A DNA stretch of 63,112 nucleotides, filler included, from Rozella allomycis CSF55 (taxonomy: Eukaryota): NCBI GenBank assembly GCA_000442015.1. It is 9 parts of 9 records of this genome, joined end to end, with 100 filler letters (N's around TTAATTAATTAA, not from the genome) between each part and the next. Parts side by side here need not be neighbours in the genome. Positions count along the whole stretch, not along the records: positions 60,796 to 63,112 come from KE561048.1; 8 more parts are not named here. The stretch is one strand, 5' to 3'. The first letter of the stretch is position 1, and each line of letters begins with the position of its first letter. Made by a program: the position numbers and the translations under genes. This document shows positions 60,796 through 63,112 of this stretch, piece after piece. Under the pieces are notes generated by a model. The model was not told the DNA's origin. It saw only the letters and a list, made by a program, of their open reading frames with translations, and made no database searches.

Positions 60796-63093
60796 TCAAT
60801 CTTTTGTTGATAATTCAATAGATTTGAACTCATCTCCAAATTACTTCTTCTCAAATCTTCATTCTCTTTAATTTGGTTTTTAACATTTTCATTCAACAAT
60901 TCATATCTCTCTTTATAAAACTCTCCCTGCGCTTGATTCTTTCCCAATTTTATTCTCAATTCAGAATTTTCTTTATTCAATTCATTCAATTTATTTTCTT
61001 GTTCATTCAATATATTCTTACATTTCATTTGATATTCTTCATCAAAGTTATTATGTGGGTTGAACTGTGTATTAGAGTTGAACTGTGCATTAGGGTTGAA
61101 CTGTGAGTGTGGGTTGTAGGGAGAGGAACTAGTATTACCATTGATGTTATCATCTCCTCCTTGATATCTCCTTTCATCTCCTACTTGATATCCCCTTTCT
61201 TCTCCCCTTTCCCTTTGACCTCTTCTATTTAATCCATCAATAATTTCTTTATATGAATCCCTCTGCTTAACAATAGACATAACCATCTCCTGCTGCCTAC
61301 TCCTCGCTTCTCTCAACTCACTCAACTCTCTTTGCATTGCCTCAATCTCTTCCTGCCTCTTATTCTTTTCCTTTTCCACATTCATCATTCTAATAACCTT
61401 CAACAACTCTTGATTCTTCATCTGCAACTCTTGTATGTTCTTAAACACCACCATCCTCCCACTCACACTATCACTCTCACTCATCTCTGGAACAACACAC
61501 GAATCCATCAACAGTGTCTGCACTTGGTTAGACAAATCTTTGTTAATCTTTTCCAACGCTTCTCTATCCATCATTATCATCTTCATCTCCTTTTCAACTT
61601 CATTCATCCTACCCCTCAACACATTCCTCTCACTCATCACCTTTTCATACTCTTTTATCAACATTTCATGGCCCTTATGAACCCTTTCATTATCATCACT
61701 CATCTACAATCTCAAAATTTAAATCCACTTACTTGCTCCATCAATCTTGCCTTGGATTCAACTTGCTCCAATATCTCCTTCAATTCTTCCCTCAATCTTT
61801 CATTCTCTATCCTCTCCTTGCTCAGTTCTTCCGTCATCTTTGAATACTCATGATATATCTCCGTCATTGATTTGCCTGCTATTCTGGGTGTTTGGATATT
61901 AAAACTATTTTGATTAACTTGCGGAGTTCTAAACTCGCCTTGTTCAATCATCGCGTGACTTGGAGTGGCTTCTACATACTCCCTCTCTTGCTCCTTGAGT
62001 ACTTCATTCTTCTCCATCTCTGATATCATTTCTTTATCATCTCTTGCAACTTTGCTTACCCTCATATTCACCAAGTCTCTTATTCAAATCTTCAATCGAT
62101 TGCTGCTGCAACTCATTCAGTCTCTTCAGGCCATCCAACTCCAGCTTCAAACTCTCTTCAGTCTCTACAAAATTATCTCTCGTCTTTTTCAATTCATTCT
62201 GCAATCCCAATATCATCTTGCTATTCCTCTCGTCATTCTCTTTAAATCTCTCCAATTCTCTCTCCAACATTCTCACTTGCTCCCTCATCTGCTCATTCTT
62301 TCCCTTAATCTCTACAACTTCCACAGCCTTTCTAACCACCTTAAATTATTTACCTTGTTCTTTCTAAATTCTTGATACTCAAAAACTTTCTTTTCATATT
62401 CCTCCTGTGCCTCCTCCAACTGTTTCTTCAAGCCCTCAATCTCCTTCTTCATCCCACTCCTCTGTATATTAAACGTCTCACTCTGAATACTCAAATCAGA
62501 AAAACTCATCTCGTATTTCTCCTTTTCACCCCTCAACTCATTAACCAAACTCTGCGCTTCGTTTAATTGCCCTATATCTCACACATACACATTCTTACCT
62601 CTCAACTGCTCAATCAAACCACTCTTCCTCTCACTAACCTCCAACAGCTCCCTCTTCTCGCCTCCCAAAATTTCAACCGTCTCCTTCAACTCTTCATTCT
62701 CCCTCTTCACACCTCCAACAGCCTCCTCAACTCTCTGCAAACTTTCACTCTCCATCTCCCTCATCCTCTGCTCCATCTCCCTGGCCCTTTCCTCCAGCTC
62801 CCTCCTCTGTCTCTCAACCTCCTCCACAAACTTCACACTCTCAGCACTCTTTCCCTCTACATTACCAAAAACCAACACACTCACCTAGCTCCACAACCAT
62901 CCTGTCCTTTTCAACTGACCTTTCAACAAACTCAAATAGGCNCAACTGACCTTTCAACAAACTCAAATAGGCCACTCCAAAAAATACTCGTTGGCTCTGC
63001 TTCCAACGTAGGCTTCAAAATATTATACACCGCACTCGTGTCGATACTGGGAGATAATATTGATAGGGTATCGACAAACTTTTGTCGCTCCAT
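60796..63093 (-). CDS. TPR: Nuclear basket coiled-coil protein Tpr/Mlp1, 5' part, multi-exon
   Basis: GKSMTEIYHEY..EL..ERIENERL...ILEQVESKA, RMVVFKNIQELQMKNQELLKVIR, RQQEMVMSIVKQRDSYK; ATG at 63093 is in frame once the duplication at n 62942 is removed. Confidence 0.85.
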
Positions 63094-63112
63094 TTTGGAA
63101 ATTTGTTAAATG

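Noticed and set aside
60873..63109. Long Leu/His/Ser-rich plus-strand ORFs
   Set aside because: Antisense shadows of the purine-rich TPR coiled-coil exons.

Overview
AT-rich, extremely gene-dense eukaryotic DNA with 26-35 nt spliceosomal introns. Gene content (fungal-type housekeeping genes plus flagellar DAW1 and NSUN7) points to an early-diverging zoosporic fungus; a Rozella/Cryptomycota-like parasite is my inference, not verified. The window is not contiguous: nine contigs are joined by eight artificial 100-nt N/TTAATTAATTAA linkers, and many single-N joins duplicate short segments. Contig 1 (1-27272) holds SHP1/p47, calcineurin B, a PPR-like protein, an AA11-type LPMO, tRNA-Arg(TCT), a defective hAT transposon with TIRs and an 8-bp TSD, beta-adaptin, GCDH, a KH+SAM Bicaudal-C-like gene, NAD-IDH, a PH/WD/ankyrin protein, LipB, an EEP protein, a DUF3128-like gene, SF3A1 and PSMB4. 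Contig 2 is a Helitron 3' part carrying a tandem array and a 2OG-Fe(II) dioxygenase. Contig 3 holds MSP1, DAW1, PUS7, asparagine synthetase, NSUN7, mL53, an RRM protein and MED25. The remaining short contigs are TE-rich (MITE family, Harbinger, Ty3/gypsy and LINE relics) and contain candidate effectors (signal peptide + Ulp1/C48 protease + NLS; Crinkler-type NTPase-nuclease) along with parts of SMC3, PLAC8 and TPR. Best leads: the secreted nuclear-targeted deSUMOylase/deNEDDylase-like gene, the Helitron-borne dioxygenase with stacked termini, and the Bicaudal-C-like architecture. All family calls come from motif recognition by eye; no searches were run.
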